A model generated the notes under the pieces. That model searched no databases. It had not been told where the DNA came from and worked only from the letters and a program-made list of their open reading frames with translations. The position numbers and the translations under genes are program-made. Source: an uncultured Candidatus Rokubacteria bacterium (GTDB lineage Bacteria; Methylomirabilota; Methylomirabilia; Rokubacteriales; DASRDR01). Taken from it: a stretch of 64,000 nt of DNA. Below are positions 17,423 to 26,904 of the stretch, piece by piece (position 1 is the stretch's first letter; the number at the start of each line of letters is the position of its first letter). The stretch spans positions 64,001 through 128,000 of the forward strand of contig CAVPSB010000012.1 of the NCBI GenBank assembly GCA_963708025.1. The letters run 5' to 3'.

Positions 17423-19801
17423 GTGGCCTTCGACCAGGGGCTTGGCATCCGCGTCGTCGACCTGGCCGGCCCTCCGGGGTTCTTCTGCGGCCGTCTGCTG
17501 GTTGGCCTCGGGGCGGAGGTCGTCCGCATCGAGCCGCCGGGAGGCGACTCGCTGCGCGCGGATCCCCTGGCCTTCGCCCACTGGCACGCCGGCAAGCGGT
17601 CGGTCGTGGTGGATCTCGAGACGTCGGAGGGCCGCGCCGCGCTGCTGGCGCTGGTCGTCACCGCGGACGTCCTGGTCGAGACGTTCCCCCAGGGCCACCT
17701 CGAGCGACTGGGTCTCGACCCGGCCACGCTGGGGGCGGCCCGGCCCGAGCTGATCGTGGTGTCGGTCACGCCGTTCGGCCGGATCGGTCCCCGGGCGGGC
17801 TGGGTCGGGACCGACCTCACGGCCGTCGCGCTCGGTGGGATGATGAGCCTCTGCGGCCACCCCGACGGCCCCCCGCTCCAGCCGCCCCGCGAGCAGGGCT
17901 ATCACCTCGCCGGCCTCAACGCGGCGATCGGCGCGCTGCTGGGACTTCGAGCCCGTCGGCTCACCGGACGGGGCCAGCCCGTTGACGTGTCGGTGCAGGA
18001 GGCGGTGGCGGCGACGCTGGAATATGGGGCGATCAGCTACATTCACGCGGGTGTCGTGCACCGGCGCCGCGGGAGCCGCTACCCGCACGTGCTCCACGGC
18101 CTCTTCCGCGCCCACGACGGGTACGTGGCGGGCGGCGTGAGCGGCAGCCCGCGCATGTGGCAGGGGCTGCTCGCCTGGATGCGGGAGACGGGGCGGGCGG
18201 GGGAGCTGGCCGACCCGCGGTGGGGCGACGAGGCGGTCCGTCTCGCCGAGCGCGAGCGCCTCTTCTCCTGCATCGAGGGCTTCACCGCGACCTTCGGTCG
18301 GGCCGAGTTCTGCGCGGAGGCGCAGCGCCGGCGGCTCCCCTGGGCGCCGGTCGAGCGTCCGGAGGACGTCGCGGCCAACCCGCAGCTCACCGCGCGGGGC
18401 TTCTTCGTGGACGTGGCCTGGAACGGCACCGTGGCCCGGGATGTCGGCTTCGCCTTCGCGTTCCCCGAGGGCCGGCGGCCGGCGCGGCTGACCGTGCCGG
18501 CGCCCGGCGAGGGGAACGGAAAGCTCGACGCGGTGAAGAGTCGGTCGGCGGTCCCGGCCCGGCAGAGCTCCGCCGGGCCTCGCGGGGCGCTGGCGGGGAC
18601 GCGGGTGCTCGACCTCACCTGGGTGCTGGCCGGCCCCTACGCGACCCGGATCCTCGCCGACCACGGCGCGGAGGTCATCAAGGTCGAGTCCCGTCACCGG
18701 CCCGATGCCTCGCGGTTCACCGCCGCGCTCCACATCTCACGCGATCCCGCGCGGCACCCGGACACCAGCGGGTACTTCAACAACTTCAACCGCAGCAAGC
18801 GGAGCCTCGCGCTCAACCTCGGTCGACCCGAGGGGGTGGACCTGCTGCGCCGCCTCTGTCGCGTGAGCGACGTGGTGATCGAGAACTTCAGCGCCGGCGT
18901 CCTGGCCAGGTGGGGCCTCGACCATGCCGGGCTGGCCGCGCTGCGTCCGGACATCGTGCTCGTCAGCATGGCCGGGATGGGCCACACCGGACCGTGGCGG
19001 GACCAGGTGACGTACGCCGACGCCGTCATGGCGATCGCCGGCCTCACCGCTCAGGCCGGCGTCCCCGGCCGGGACCCTGCCGGCTTCAGCTTCGGTCTCG
19101 GCGACATGATCGCCGGGGCCCACGCCGCGCTCGGAACGCTGGCCGCCCTCGAGTATCGCGACGCCACCGGGCGCGGCCAGCACGTGGACCTGTCCCAGGT
19201 GGAGGCGGTGGCCGCCCATCTCGGCACCGCGGTGCTCGAGGTGACCGCGGCCGGGCGGCGCCCCGAGCCATGGGGGAACCGACATCCCGCGATGGCGCCC
19301 CACGGCGCCTTCCCCTGCCGGGGCACGGATCGCTGGTGCGCGATCGCCGTCGAGGACGCCGCGCAGTGGGAGGCCCTGTGCGCGACGATGGGCCGGCCGG
19401 GGCTCGCCGCGGACCCCCGGTTTGCCACGCTGGCGGCGCGGAAGACCCACGAGGACGCGCTCGACGCGGACGTCGCGGCGTGGATGCGCCAGCACGCGGC
19501 CGAGGCGGTCATGGCCCGCTGCCAGGCGGCCGGCGTGCCGGCGGGCGTGGTCCAGGACGCCCGTGACCTCGTGGACCGCGATCCCCAGCTCCGGGCCCGC
19601 GGCTTCTACGAGGCGGCGACCCACCCGGTCGCCGGCGCGTTCCTGCACGAGGGCGTGGTGGCGCGGCTGGCGCTGACGCCGGGGCGCGTGTGGCACGCGG
19701 CGCCGCGGCTCGGCGAGCACACGCGCGAGGTCCTCACGGGCCTGCTCGACCTGAGCGACGCCGAGATCGACGGCTACGCCGCCGCCGGCGTGCTGGAGTG
19801 A
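17423..19801 (+). CDS. CoA-transferase family III, two fused CaiB/BaiF domains
   Basis: GIRVVDL...GAEVVRIEPPGGD and second GTRVLDLTWVLAGP...GAEVIKVES, APRLGEHT. Confidence 0.9.
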   Translation: MAFDQGLGIRVVDLAGPPGFFCGRLLVGLGAEVVRIEPPGGDSLRADPLAFAHWHAGKRSVVVDLETSEGRAALLALVVTADVLVETFPQGHLERLGLDPATLGAARPELIVVSVTPFGRIGPRAGWVGTDLTAVALGGMMSLCGHPDGPPLQPPREQGYHLAGLNAAIGALLGLRARRLTGRGQPVDVSVQEAVAATLEYGAISYIHAGVVHRRRGSRYPHVLHGLFRAHDGYVAGGVSGSPRMWQGLLAWMRETGRAGELADPRWGDEAVRLAERERLFSCIEGFTATFGRAEFCAEAQRRRLPWAPVERPEDVAANPQLTARGFFVDVAWNGTVARDVGFAFAFPEGRRPARLTVPAPGEGNGKLDAVKSRSAVPARQSSAGPRGALAGTRVLDLTWVLAGPYATRILADHGAEVIKVESRHRPDASRFTAALHISRDPARHPDTSGYFNNFNRSKRSLALNLGRPEGVDLLRRLCRVSDVVIENFSAGVLARWGLDHAGLAALRPDIVLVSMAGMGHTGPWRDQVTYADAVMAIAGLTAQAGVPGRDPAGFSFGLGDMIAGAHAALGTLAALEYRDATGRGQHVDLSQVEAVAAHLGTAVLEVTAAGRRPEPWGNRHPAMAPHGAFPCRGTDRWCAIAVEDAAQWEALCATMGRPGLAADPRFATLAARKTHEDALDADVAAWMRQHAAEAVMARCQAAGVPAGVVQDARDLVDRDPQLRARGFYEAATHPVAGAFLHEGVVARLALTPGRVWHAAPRLGEHTREVLTGLLDLSDAEIDGYAAAGVLE

Positions 19802-19803
19802 CG

Positions 19804-20571
19804 ATGCGCTTTCTCGAGATCGGGGTGGACGGTGGGGTGGCCACGGTCACGTTCGACCGCCCCCCGGTGAACGCGGTGGACCTCCAGGTCATCGACGACT
19901 TCCTGGCCATGGTGACCCGGCTCGGCGAGGACCGGTCGGTGCGGGCGGTCGTGCTGACCGGCGCCGGTCGCCGGTTCTGCGCGGGTGCGGACGTGTCGAT
20001 GATGCGCGATCTCTCGGCGGCCAACCACCGGAGGGTCCGCCGGTGGGTCGAGGTGCAGGCCGGCCTGGAGGCCATGCCGAAGCCGGTGATCGTGGCGATC
20101 AACGGCTACGCGCTCGGCGGTGGCGCCGAGCTGGCGCTGGCCGGCGACGTCCGCCTCATGGACGCGGACGCCCGGATCGGGTTCCCGGAGATCGAGCTGG
20201 GGCTGTTCCCCGGGGCCGGCGGCACCCAGCGTCTCTCCCGCCTCCTGGGCCCGGCCCGGGCCCTGGCCCTCATGATGGAGGGCCGGCGCCTCGGCGCCGA
20301 CGAGGCCGCCCGCCTGGGCCTGGTGGACCGCGTGCTGCCCGGCGAGCGCCTGCTGCCGGAGGCGCAGGCGTACGCGCGCACGCTGGCGACGCGCCCGACC
20401 CGGGCCATCGGCCTCCTCAAGCGCGCGGTCTACGGCGGGTGGGGCCGGCCGCTGGCCGATGGCCTGGAGGAGGAGGCGCGGGCCGTCTTCGAGCTGATCG
20501 AGACGGCCGATGCGCGGGAGGGCCTGACCGCGTTTCTGGAGAAACGGCCGCCCCGCTTCACCGGGACATGA
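19804..20571 (+). CDS. Enoyl-CoA hydratase/isomerase
   Basis: FCAGAD, NGYALGGGAEL, PEIELGLFPGAGGTQRL, AFLEKR. Confidence 0.9.
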   Translation: MRFLEIGVDGGVATVTFDRPPVNAVDLQVIDDFLAMVTRLGEDRSVRAVVLTGAGRRFCAGADVSMMRDLSAANHRRVRRWVEVQAGLEAMPKPVIVAINGYALGGGAELALAGDVRLMDADARIGFPEIELGLFPGAGGTQRLSRLLGPARALALMMEGRRLGADEAARLGLVDRVLPGERLLPEAQAYARTLATRPTRAIGLLKRAVYGGWGRPLADGLEEEARAVFELIETADAREGLTAFLEKRPPRFTGT

Positions 20572-20760
20572 GAGCGTGTGAAGGAATGGGGTCCTCCGGC
20601 TCCCCCCTCCCCCCGGTGCCCGCCGGAGGGACGGGACGTCGCGAGGGCCGTAGGCCCGAGCCGTCCCGGCGATCCGGTCAATCGGGAGGGGGGTTGGGGG
20701 GGTGGGCGGGAGGTCCCGAACTGAGATCTTCGGGGGGTCTGGGATCGCGAGAAGCCGATA
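20571..20760 (+). repeat. Family A repeat with an internal hairpin insert
   Basis: Family A ends flank CGCCGG..GACGG...GGGCCGTAGGCCC...CCGTCCCGGCG. Confidence 0.8.
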
Positions 20761-20918
20761 GACGACGATCCCGCTGACCCGGCGACGGCAAAAGCCCATG
20801 TTATCGTAACTGCCGTGGCGCGGCCGCAGCCCGAGTCGTCGATCGCCGGAGTCGCGCTCTCCGGGACCACCGGGGCGCGCGTGACGCTCGCGTGCCGGTA
20901 GGCGTGCCGCGCGGGCCG

Positions 20919-21686
20919 ATGAGGTCGATCGGCTGGCACCGGACGCTCCTGGTCCTCGCCCTCCTCGCCCTCTGGGAGGCGGCGACGCGCGCCCACTGGC
21001 TCGATCCCGATTTCTTCAGTCCGCCGACGAAGGTGGCGCAGGCGCTGGCCGGCCTCGCCACGCCGCCGATCCTGGCTGCCGCCCGGGTGACCGCGCTGGA
21101 GGTGGCCGCGGCCTTCGGGCTGGCCGCGGGGGTGGGGGTCGGCCTCGGCCTGGTGATCGGCCTGTCGCCGTTCGCCTACCGGACGTTCCGGCCGATCGTC
21201 CTCCTGCTCTTCTCGGTTCCGAAGATGGTCATGCTACCGCTCTTCATCCTGTTCTTCGGGATCGGGCTCACCTCCAAGGCCGTCTTCGCCTTCAGCCTGG
21301 GCGTCTTCCCGATCCTGCTCAACGTCATCGCCGGGACCCGCATGGTGGACCAGACCCTCCTGACCGCGGCCTACTGCATGGGGGCGAGCCGCCTCGCGCT
21401 CTTCGGGAAGGTGGTGCTGCCGGCCGCCCTGCCGTCGGTCATCACCGGGCTCCGGGTCGGCATGACCCAGACCGTGCTCGGCGTCCTGCTGGCCGAGCTG
21501 TACGCGGCCAACACCGGCCTGGGCTACTACGTGGAGCTCTACAGCCAGAGCTTCAAGCCCGCCCAGCTCTTCGCGCTGTTCTTCGCCGTCGCCGCCCTCT
21601 CGATCGTGGTGAACGAGGCGCTGCGGGCGATCGAGCGGTGGGCCGGCCGCTGGCGGGAAGAGGAAGCCGAGACGCCGGCGGCGTAG
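20919..21686 (+). CDS. NitT/TauT-family ABC permease
   Basis: VVLPAALPSVITGLRVG, AEL...GLG. Confidence 0.88.
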   Translation: MRSIGWHRTLLVLALLALWEAATRAHWLDPDFFSPPTKVAQALAGLATPPILAAARVTALEVAAAFGLAAGVGVGLGLVIGLSPFAYRTFRPIVLLLFSVPKMVMLPLFILFFGIGLTSKAVFAFSLGVFPILLNVIAGTRMVDQTLLTAAYCMGASRLALFGKVVLPAALPSVITGLRVGMTQTVLGVLLAELYAANTGLGYYVELYSQSFKPAQLFALFFAVAALSIVVNEALRAIERWAGRWREEEAETPAA

Positions 21687-21705
21687 CCGGTCCGGCGGCA
21701 CGCGC

Positions 21706-22518
21706 ATGATCGAGTTCCGGGACGTCGGGGTCGTCTATGCCGGCCAGGGCGGGCTCGGTGACGTCGAGGCCCTCCGGGGGGTGACGCTGACGATCGAGCG
21801 CGGCGAGCTCTTCTCGCTCATCGGCCCCAGCGGGTGCGGCAAGTCCACGCTGCTGAACCTGGCGGCCGGGCTTCGCCAGCCGACCTCCGGCACCGCGACG
21901 GTCTCGGGCCAGCCGATGGCCCGGCCGCGACCCGACACGATCGCGGTGGTTTTCCAGGACTACTCGCTCTTCCCCTGGCGCACGGTGGTCGGGAACATCG
22001 AGGCCGGCCTCGAGTTCCGGGGCGTGCCGCGCGACCAGCGGCGGGAGCGGGCGATGCGCTACCTCCGGATGGTGGGACTCGAGGCGTTCGCGGGGGCGGT
22101 GCCGCGCCAGCTCTCGGGCGGCATGAAGCAGCGGGTGGCGATCGCCCGCTCCCTGAGCCTGGAGACCCCGGTCCTGCTCATGGACGAGCCCTTCGGCGCC
22201 CTCGACGAGCAGACCCGCATGGTGCTCGGGGAGGAGGTCTCGCAGATCTTCGCCCAGACCCGGAAGACGATGCTGCTGGTGACTCACAGCCTGGCCGAGG
22301 CGGTGTTCCTGTCCGACCGGATCGCGGTGATGAGCGGCCGGCCGGGGCGGATCCGGGAGGTCATGGAGGTCCCGGCGCCGCACCCGCGCACCCCGGAGTT
22401 CATGACCTCCAAGGTCTTCCACGACCTCCGGGACCACATCTTCCGCCTGCTGCACGACGAGATGCGGGCCTCGGTTCTCGGCCGGGACCGCGGCGGCTTC
22501 GCAGCAGGCCGCTCATGA
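21706..22518 (+). CDS. NitT/TauT-family ABC ATPase
   Basis: GPSGCGKST, LFPWRTV, LSGGMKQR, MDEPFGALDEQTR. Confidence 0.92.
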   Translation: MIEFRDVGVVYAGQGGLGDVEALRGVTLTIERGELFSLIGPSGCGKSTLLNLAAGLRQPTSGTATVSGQPMARPRPDTIAVVFQDYSLFPWRTVVGNIEAGLEFRGVPRDQRRERAMRYLRMVGLEAFAGAVPRQLSGGMKQRVAIARSLSLETPVLLMDEPFGALDEQTRMVLGEEVSQIFAQTRKTMLLVTHSLAEAVFLSDRIAVMSGRPGRIREVMEVPAPHPRTPEFMTSKVFHDLRDHIFRLLHDEMRASVLGRDRGGFAAGRS

Positions 22519-22576
22519 GGGAACATGCGGATCACCCCGTTCGTTGCGGCTGGCATCCCGCCGCACCGGTACAGCG

Positions 22577-22675
22577 GGTCGCCCCCCCTCCCCCCGGCCA
22601 CAGGCCGAAGGCCGTCGAAGAATGGGGAGGGGTCGCCACAGGCCGAAGGCCGTCGAGGGGTGGGGGTGGTTTCGA
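22577..22675 (+). repeat. Family B G/C-tract scaffold with two inserted 21-nt units (22598-22618, 22636-22656)
   Basis: Deleting both CCACAGGCCGAAGGCCGTCGA copies gives a sequence co-linear with 36831-36890. Confidence 0.85.
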
Positions 22676-23455
22676 ATGACGCTCCGCAGGCCCGCTAACG
22701 CGCTCGGGCCGCTGGCGATCCAGGCCGGGACCCTGCTCGCCGTCCTGGTCGTCTGGCACCTGGCCACCGTCGCCCGCTCGCCGTGGACGCCGGTCTCGCC
22801 GCTCATCCTGCCCGGCCTCGGCCGGCTCGCGACCACGTTCGTCGCGCTGCTGGGCCGGGCCGACACCTACCACCACGTCGGGGTCACCGCGTACGAGTTC
22901 GCCGTCGCCATGCTGTTCGCCCTGTCGGCCGGCCTCGCCGTCGGCATCGTGGCTGGCACCGTCAAGTACGTGGGGGACCTCATCGAGCCGGTGCTGCTCG
23001 CGCTCTACGCCATCCCGATCGTCATGGCCTTTCCCTTCTGCATCCTTTTCCTGGGGATCGGTTCCGGCTCCAAGATCGCCTTCGGCGCGCTCTACGCCTT
23101 CTTCCCGGTGGCGATCCACACGCTCAAGGGCATCCGCCACGTCAACCGAGGGCTCATCCGGGCCGCCGTGTCGATGGGGGCCGGGCCCCGGCTCCTGCTC
23201 CTTCGGGTCTTGATCCCGGCCGCCTTCCCGGTCATCCTGACGGGCGTGCGCCTGGGCGCGGTCCTCGGCCTCCTCTCGGTGGTGGCCGGCGAGATGCTCG
23301 GAGCTTTGGAGGGCGTCGGGCAGATGCTGAAGCGAGCGGTCGAGGGCCTGGTGTCGGCGGAGGCCTTCGCCTGGATCCTGATCACGATCGTGATGGTGAC
23401 CCTGGTCGGCGGCACGCTGTCCTGGATCGAGCGCCGGCTGGAGTACGCGCGCTAA
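22676..23455 (+). CDS. NitT/TauT-family ABC permease
   Basis: LYAIP, AAVSMGA, VLIPAAFP, GEML. Confidence 0.88.
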   Translation: MTLRRPANALGPLAIQAGTLLAVLVVWHLATVARSPWTPVSPLILPGLGRLATTFVALLGRADTYHHVGVTAYEFAVAMLFALSAGLAVGIVAGTVKYVGDLIEPVLLALYAIPIVMAFPFCILFLGIGSGSKIAFGALYAFFPVAIHTLKGIRHVNRGLIRAAVSMGAGPRLLLLRVLIPAAFPVILTGVRLGAVLGLLSVVAGEMLGALEGVGQMLKRAVEGLVSAEAFAWILITIVMVTLVGGTLSWIERRLEYAR

Positions 23456-23482
23456 CCGAAGTCAACGCAAAAGGAGGTCCTC

Positions 23483-24472
23483 GTGCCACGCACGATTCGG
23501 AACCTGGCCGCTCTCGTCGCCGTCGGGGCGCTCGTCGCGGGCCTGGCCGCGGGCGCCGCCGGTCAGCCCAAGCCCCTGGGCAAGGTGACCCTGGGCCTGT
23601 CCGTCGCCAAGACCTTCGAGTTCCTGCCGGCCCACGCGGCCGACGACCTCGGCACCTGGACCAAGCGGGGCCTGGAGGTGTCCATCGTGGCGTTCCCGGG
23701 CGACGCCCGGCTCCAGCAGGCCTTCGCCGCCGGCGCCGTCGACTTCGGCCTGGGCTCGGCCAGCGGCGCCCTGGCGGCGATCTCCAAGGGGCTCGACACC
23801 CGGCTGATCGGGTCCATCAGCAACTCGGTCAAGCTGATGGGGCTGGTCGCCGCTCCCGAGATCAAGTCGAAGGAGGACCTCAAGGGCAAGACCATCGGCG
23901 CCACCAGCCCGAACGCGCTGACCGACATCCTGGTCAAGTACCTGTCGAAGAAGCTGACGGGGGACGCCGAGCGCGGGATCCGGCGCGCCCACCTGGGCGC
24001 CTTCCAGAACCAGGTGGCGGCGCTCAAGACCGGGCAGATCCAGGCCTTCGTCTGGACGCTGGAGGGGATCTTCGAGGTCGAGAAGCAGGGGGTGGGGAAG
24101 TATCTTCTCAGCTTCGGGGACGAGTTCCCGGACTTCCTCTTCGAGGTGATCATCGGCACCAAGAAGATGATCGACGAGAAGCCGGAGGTCGTCCGCGCCT
24201 TCCTGGAGGGCTGGTACGAGGCCCAGGCCCACATGAAGGCCAACAAGGACTACACGGTCGCGCTCTTCGAGCGGAAGATGGAGACGCCGCGGGACATCGG
24301 GGCCCGCGTATGGGACCTCGACCGCCTGACCTTCGTGGACGACGGGGTGTTCAGTGAGCCCGCCCTGCGCGCGGCCGCCCAGTCGCTGGTCGACACCGAG
24401 GTGCTCAAGGAGATCCCGCCGCTCGACCGGTGGGTCGAGAAGAAGTTCCTGCCCGTCCAGTGGAAGAAGTAG
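23483..24472 (+). CDS. NitT/TauT-family ABC substrate-binding protein
   Basis: SD AAGGAGG; signal peptide; IKSKEDLKGKTIG, PEVVRAF. Confidence 0.88.
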   Translation: MPRTIRNLAALVAVGALVAGLAAGAAGQPKPLGKVTLGLSVAKTFEFLPAHAADDLGTWTKRGLEVSIVAFPGDARLQQAFAAGAVDFGLGSASGALAAISKGLDTRLIGSISNSVKLMGLVAAPEIKSKEDLKGKTIGATSPNALTDILVKYLSKKLTGDAERGIRRAHLGAFQNQVAALKTGQIQAFVWTLEGIFEVEKQGVGKYLLSFGDEFPDFLFEVIIGTKKMIDEKPEVVRAFLEGWYEAQAHMKANKDYTVALFERKMETPRDIGARVWDLDRLTFVDDGVFSEPALRAAAQSLVDTEVLKEIPPLDRWVEKKFLPVQWKK

Positions 24473-24516
24473 CGGGGGGAAGCCCCCCGCCCGGTGCGGG
24501 CGGCCGGCGCTCCGAC

Positions 24517-26820
24517 GTGGCGCGCCAGCCGCCGCGGCCTCGGGAAGACCTGGAGCTCCTGACGGGGCGGGGCTGCTTCGTCGACGACCTCCACCGGGTC
24601 GGGATGCTCCACGGCGTCTTCGTCCGTTCCCCTCACGCCCACGCGCGCGTGGTCCGGGTGGATGGGACCGATGCCCTCCGGGCGGGGGCGGTCCTGGTCC
24701 TGACCGCCCCCGATCTGCCCTTCCGCACGCGGCGCCTCCTCGCCCGCCGCTGGCATCCCGCGATCCGCGGCGGCGCCCCGCCCGCGCTGGCCGAGGACCG
24801 CGTCCGCTACGTCGGGGAGGCGGTCGCGTTCGTGCTCGCCCCCGATCCCTACGCCGCCGCCGACCTCGCCGAGCGGGTGCGGGTGGAGTACGCCCCGCTC
24901 CCGGTCGTGGCCTCCCCCGAGGCCGCGGCCCGGCCGGACGCGCCGCCGCTCCACGCGGGCTGGGAGGGGAACGTCGCCGCGAGCTTCGAGCAGCGAGTCG
25001 GCGACGTGAGCGCGGCGCTCGCCGGCGCCGAGCGCCGCCTCCGGCGGCGCTTCCGGTTTCCCCGGCAGGCCCCGGTGCCGCTCGAGCCCCGCGGCGCCGT
25101 GGCCGAGGCGGCGGCGGGGGGGCCGGCGCTGACCGTCTGGGTCTCGAGCCAGGTGCCCTACCACGTCCGCGCCAACGTGGCGGCGCTCCTCGATCTCCCC
25201 GAGGACCAGGTGCGGGTGGTCGCCCCCCACGTCGGCGGGGGACTCGGGGCCAAGTCGCGTACCTACTGGGAAGAGGTCCTCGTGGCCTACGCGGCGCTCC
25301 GGCTCGGCCGCCCGGTCAAGTGGATCGAGGGCCGCTGCGAGCACATGCTCGCCACCGCGCACTCGCGGGACGTCGAGGTCGAGCTGGACCTCGGCTACAC
25401 CACCGAGGGCCGGCTCACCGCGCTGGACGCCCGCGTGGTCGTCGACGTGGGCGCCTACGTCCACGGCAACGGCATCATCACCGCGGAGGTCGTGGCCGCC
25501 CAGCTCCCCGGCCCCTACCGCCTGCCCCACTACCGGGCGCGGGTCTCGTGCGTGGGCACCAACAAGACCCCGCTCGGGACGTACCGGGGCGCCGGCCAGC
25601 CGGAGGCCACCTTCCCCCTCGAGCGGGCCCTGGATCTCGTCGCCAAGGACCTCGAACTCCCCCCGGAGGAGGTGCGCCGGCTCAATCTCCTCACCGCGCG
25701 CGACCTGCCCTACGCGTCGGGGACGACGCTGGCCGGTGTCCCGTCGCGTTACGACAGCGGCGACTTCCCGGCCGTCCTGGCGCGCGCCGTCGAGCTCGGA
25801 GGCCGGGCCGCCGGACGGGCGGAGACCGGGGAGCGCGTCGGCCAGGGCCTGGCTCTCGGACTCGAGGTCACCGGCTTCGGCAACCACGAGAGCGCGCTGG
25901 CGCGGATCGGGACCGACGGGCACGTCACGGTCTACTCGGGCTTGTGCACGCAGGGCCAGGGCCAGCCCACCACCTTCGCCCGGGTCAGCGCGGAGATCCT
26001 CGACGTCCCGCTCGAGGCCGTGACGGTGCGCATGGGCGACACGGCACTCCTGCCGTACGGCAAGGGGACCTTCGCCAGCCGCGGGGCCGTCCTGGGGGCC
26101 AGCGCGGTGGCCGAGGCCACCGCTCGGCTCCGCACGCGCGTGATCGCCGCCGCCGCCCGGCTCCTCGAGGCCCGACCGGACGACCTCGTGCTCGCCGGGG
26201 GACGGGTCCATCCACGCGGCAGCCCCGCCTCGGCGGTCACGCTGGCCGAGATCGCGCGCGCCGTCGCGCCGGGGGGCCCCCTGTTCGGCGGCGAGGGGGT
26301 CCTCGAGGCGACGTGCATCTTCGGCACCGAGGGGGATGCCGGCACCTACGCGCTCAGCGCCCACGTCGCCACCGTGGCGGTGACCCCGGAGACCGGCGAG
26401 TGCCGACTGCTCGACTACGCCGTCGTCCACGACGTCGGGCGGCGCCTGAGCCCGGAGATCGTCAACGGCCAGGTGCACGGCGGCGTGGTGGAGGGGCTGG
26501 GCGGCGCGCTCTGGGCGGAGTTCGCCTACGACGAGAGTGGCCAGCCGCGCGCCGGCACGCTGCTCGACTACGCGGTCCCTCGCGCGGAGGGGCTGCCACC
26601 CCTCCGGCTCGACCACCTGGAGACGCGGCCGACGACGAACCCGTGCGGCGTCCGCGGGGTGGGGGAGGGTGGGACGCTGCCGGTGGCCGCAGCCCTCGCG
26701 AACGCCATCGGCCGGGCGCTCGGCCCCGGGGTCCACGGCGGAGACGAGCTGCTCTGCACGCTGCCGCTCACGTGCGAGCGCGTGCGGGGGCCGGGCGGCG
26801 GAGGTGGCCGGGCAGATTGT
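24517..26820 (+). CDS. Xanthine dehydrogenase/CoxL-family molybdopterin-binding subunit (3' end uncertain, no nearby stop)
   Basis: REDLELLTGRG.FVDD, VRSPHAHA, VGGGLGAK, YRGAGQPEA, GQVHGG, RGVGEGG; homology ends near LPLTCERV (~26785). Confidence 0.85.
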
Positions 26821-26825
26821 TGCGC

Positions 26826-26894
26826 GGACCTCTCCGCCCACCCCCCCACCCCCCTCCCCCACCCACCGGGGGGGAGGGGGGAGTCGGAGGACCC
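26826..26894 (-). repeat. Family A repeat, reverse orientation
   Basis: Reverse complement GGGTCCTCCGACTCCCCCCTCCCCCCCGGTGGGTGGGGGAGGGGG...GGGCGGAGAGGTCC. Confidence 0.85.
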
Positions 26895-26904
26895 GGGTGG
26901 GCAG

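Noticed and set aside
24517-26820. Aerobic CO dehydrogenase (coxL) call
   Set aside because: No form I AYxCSFR loop and no coxM/coxS or accessory genes; only family-level assignment is supportable.
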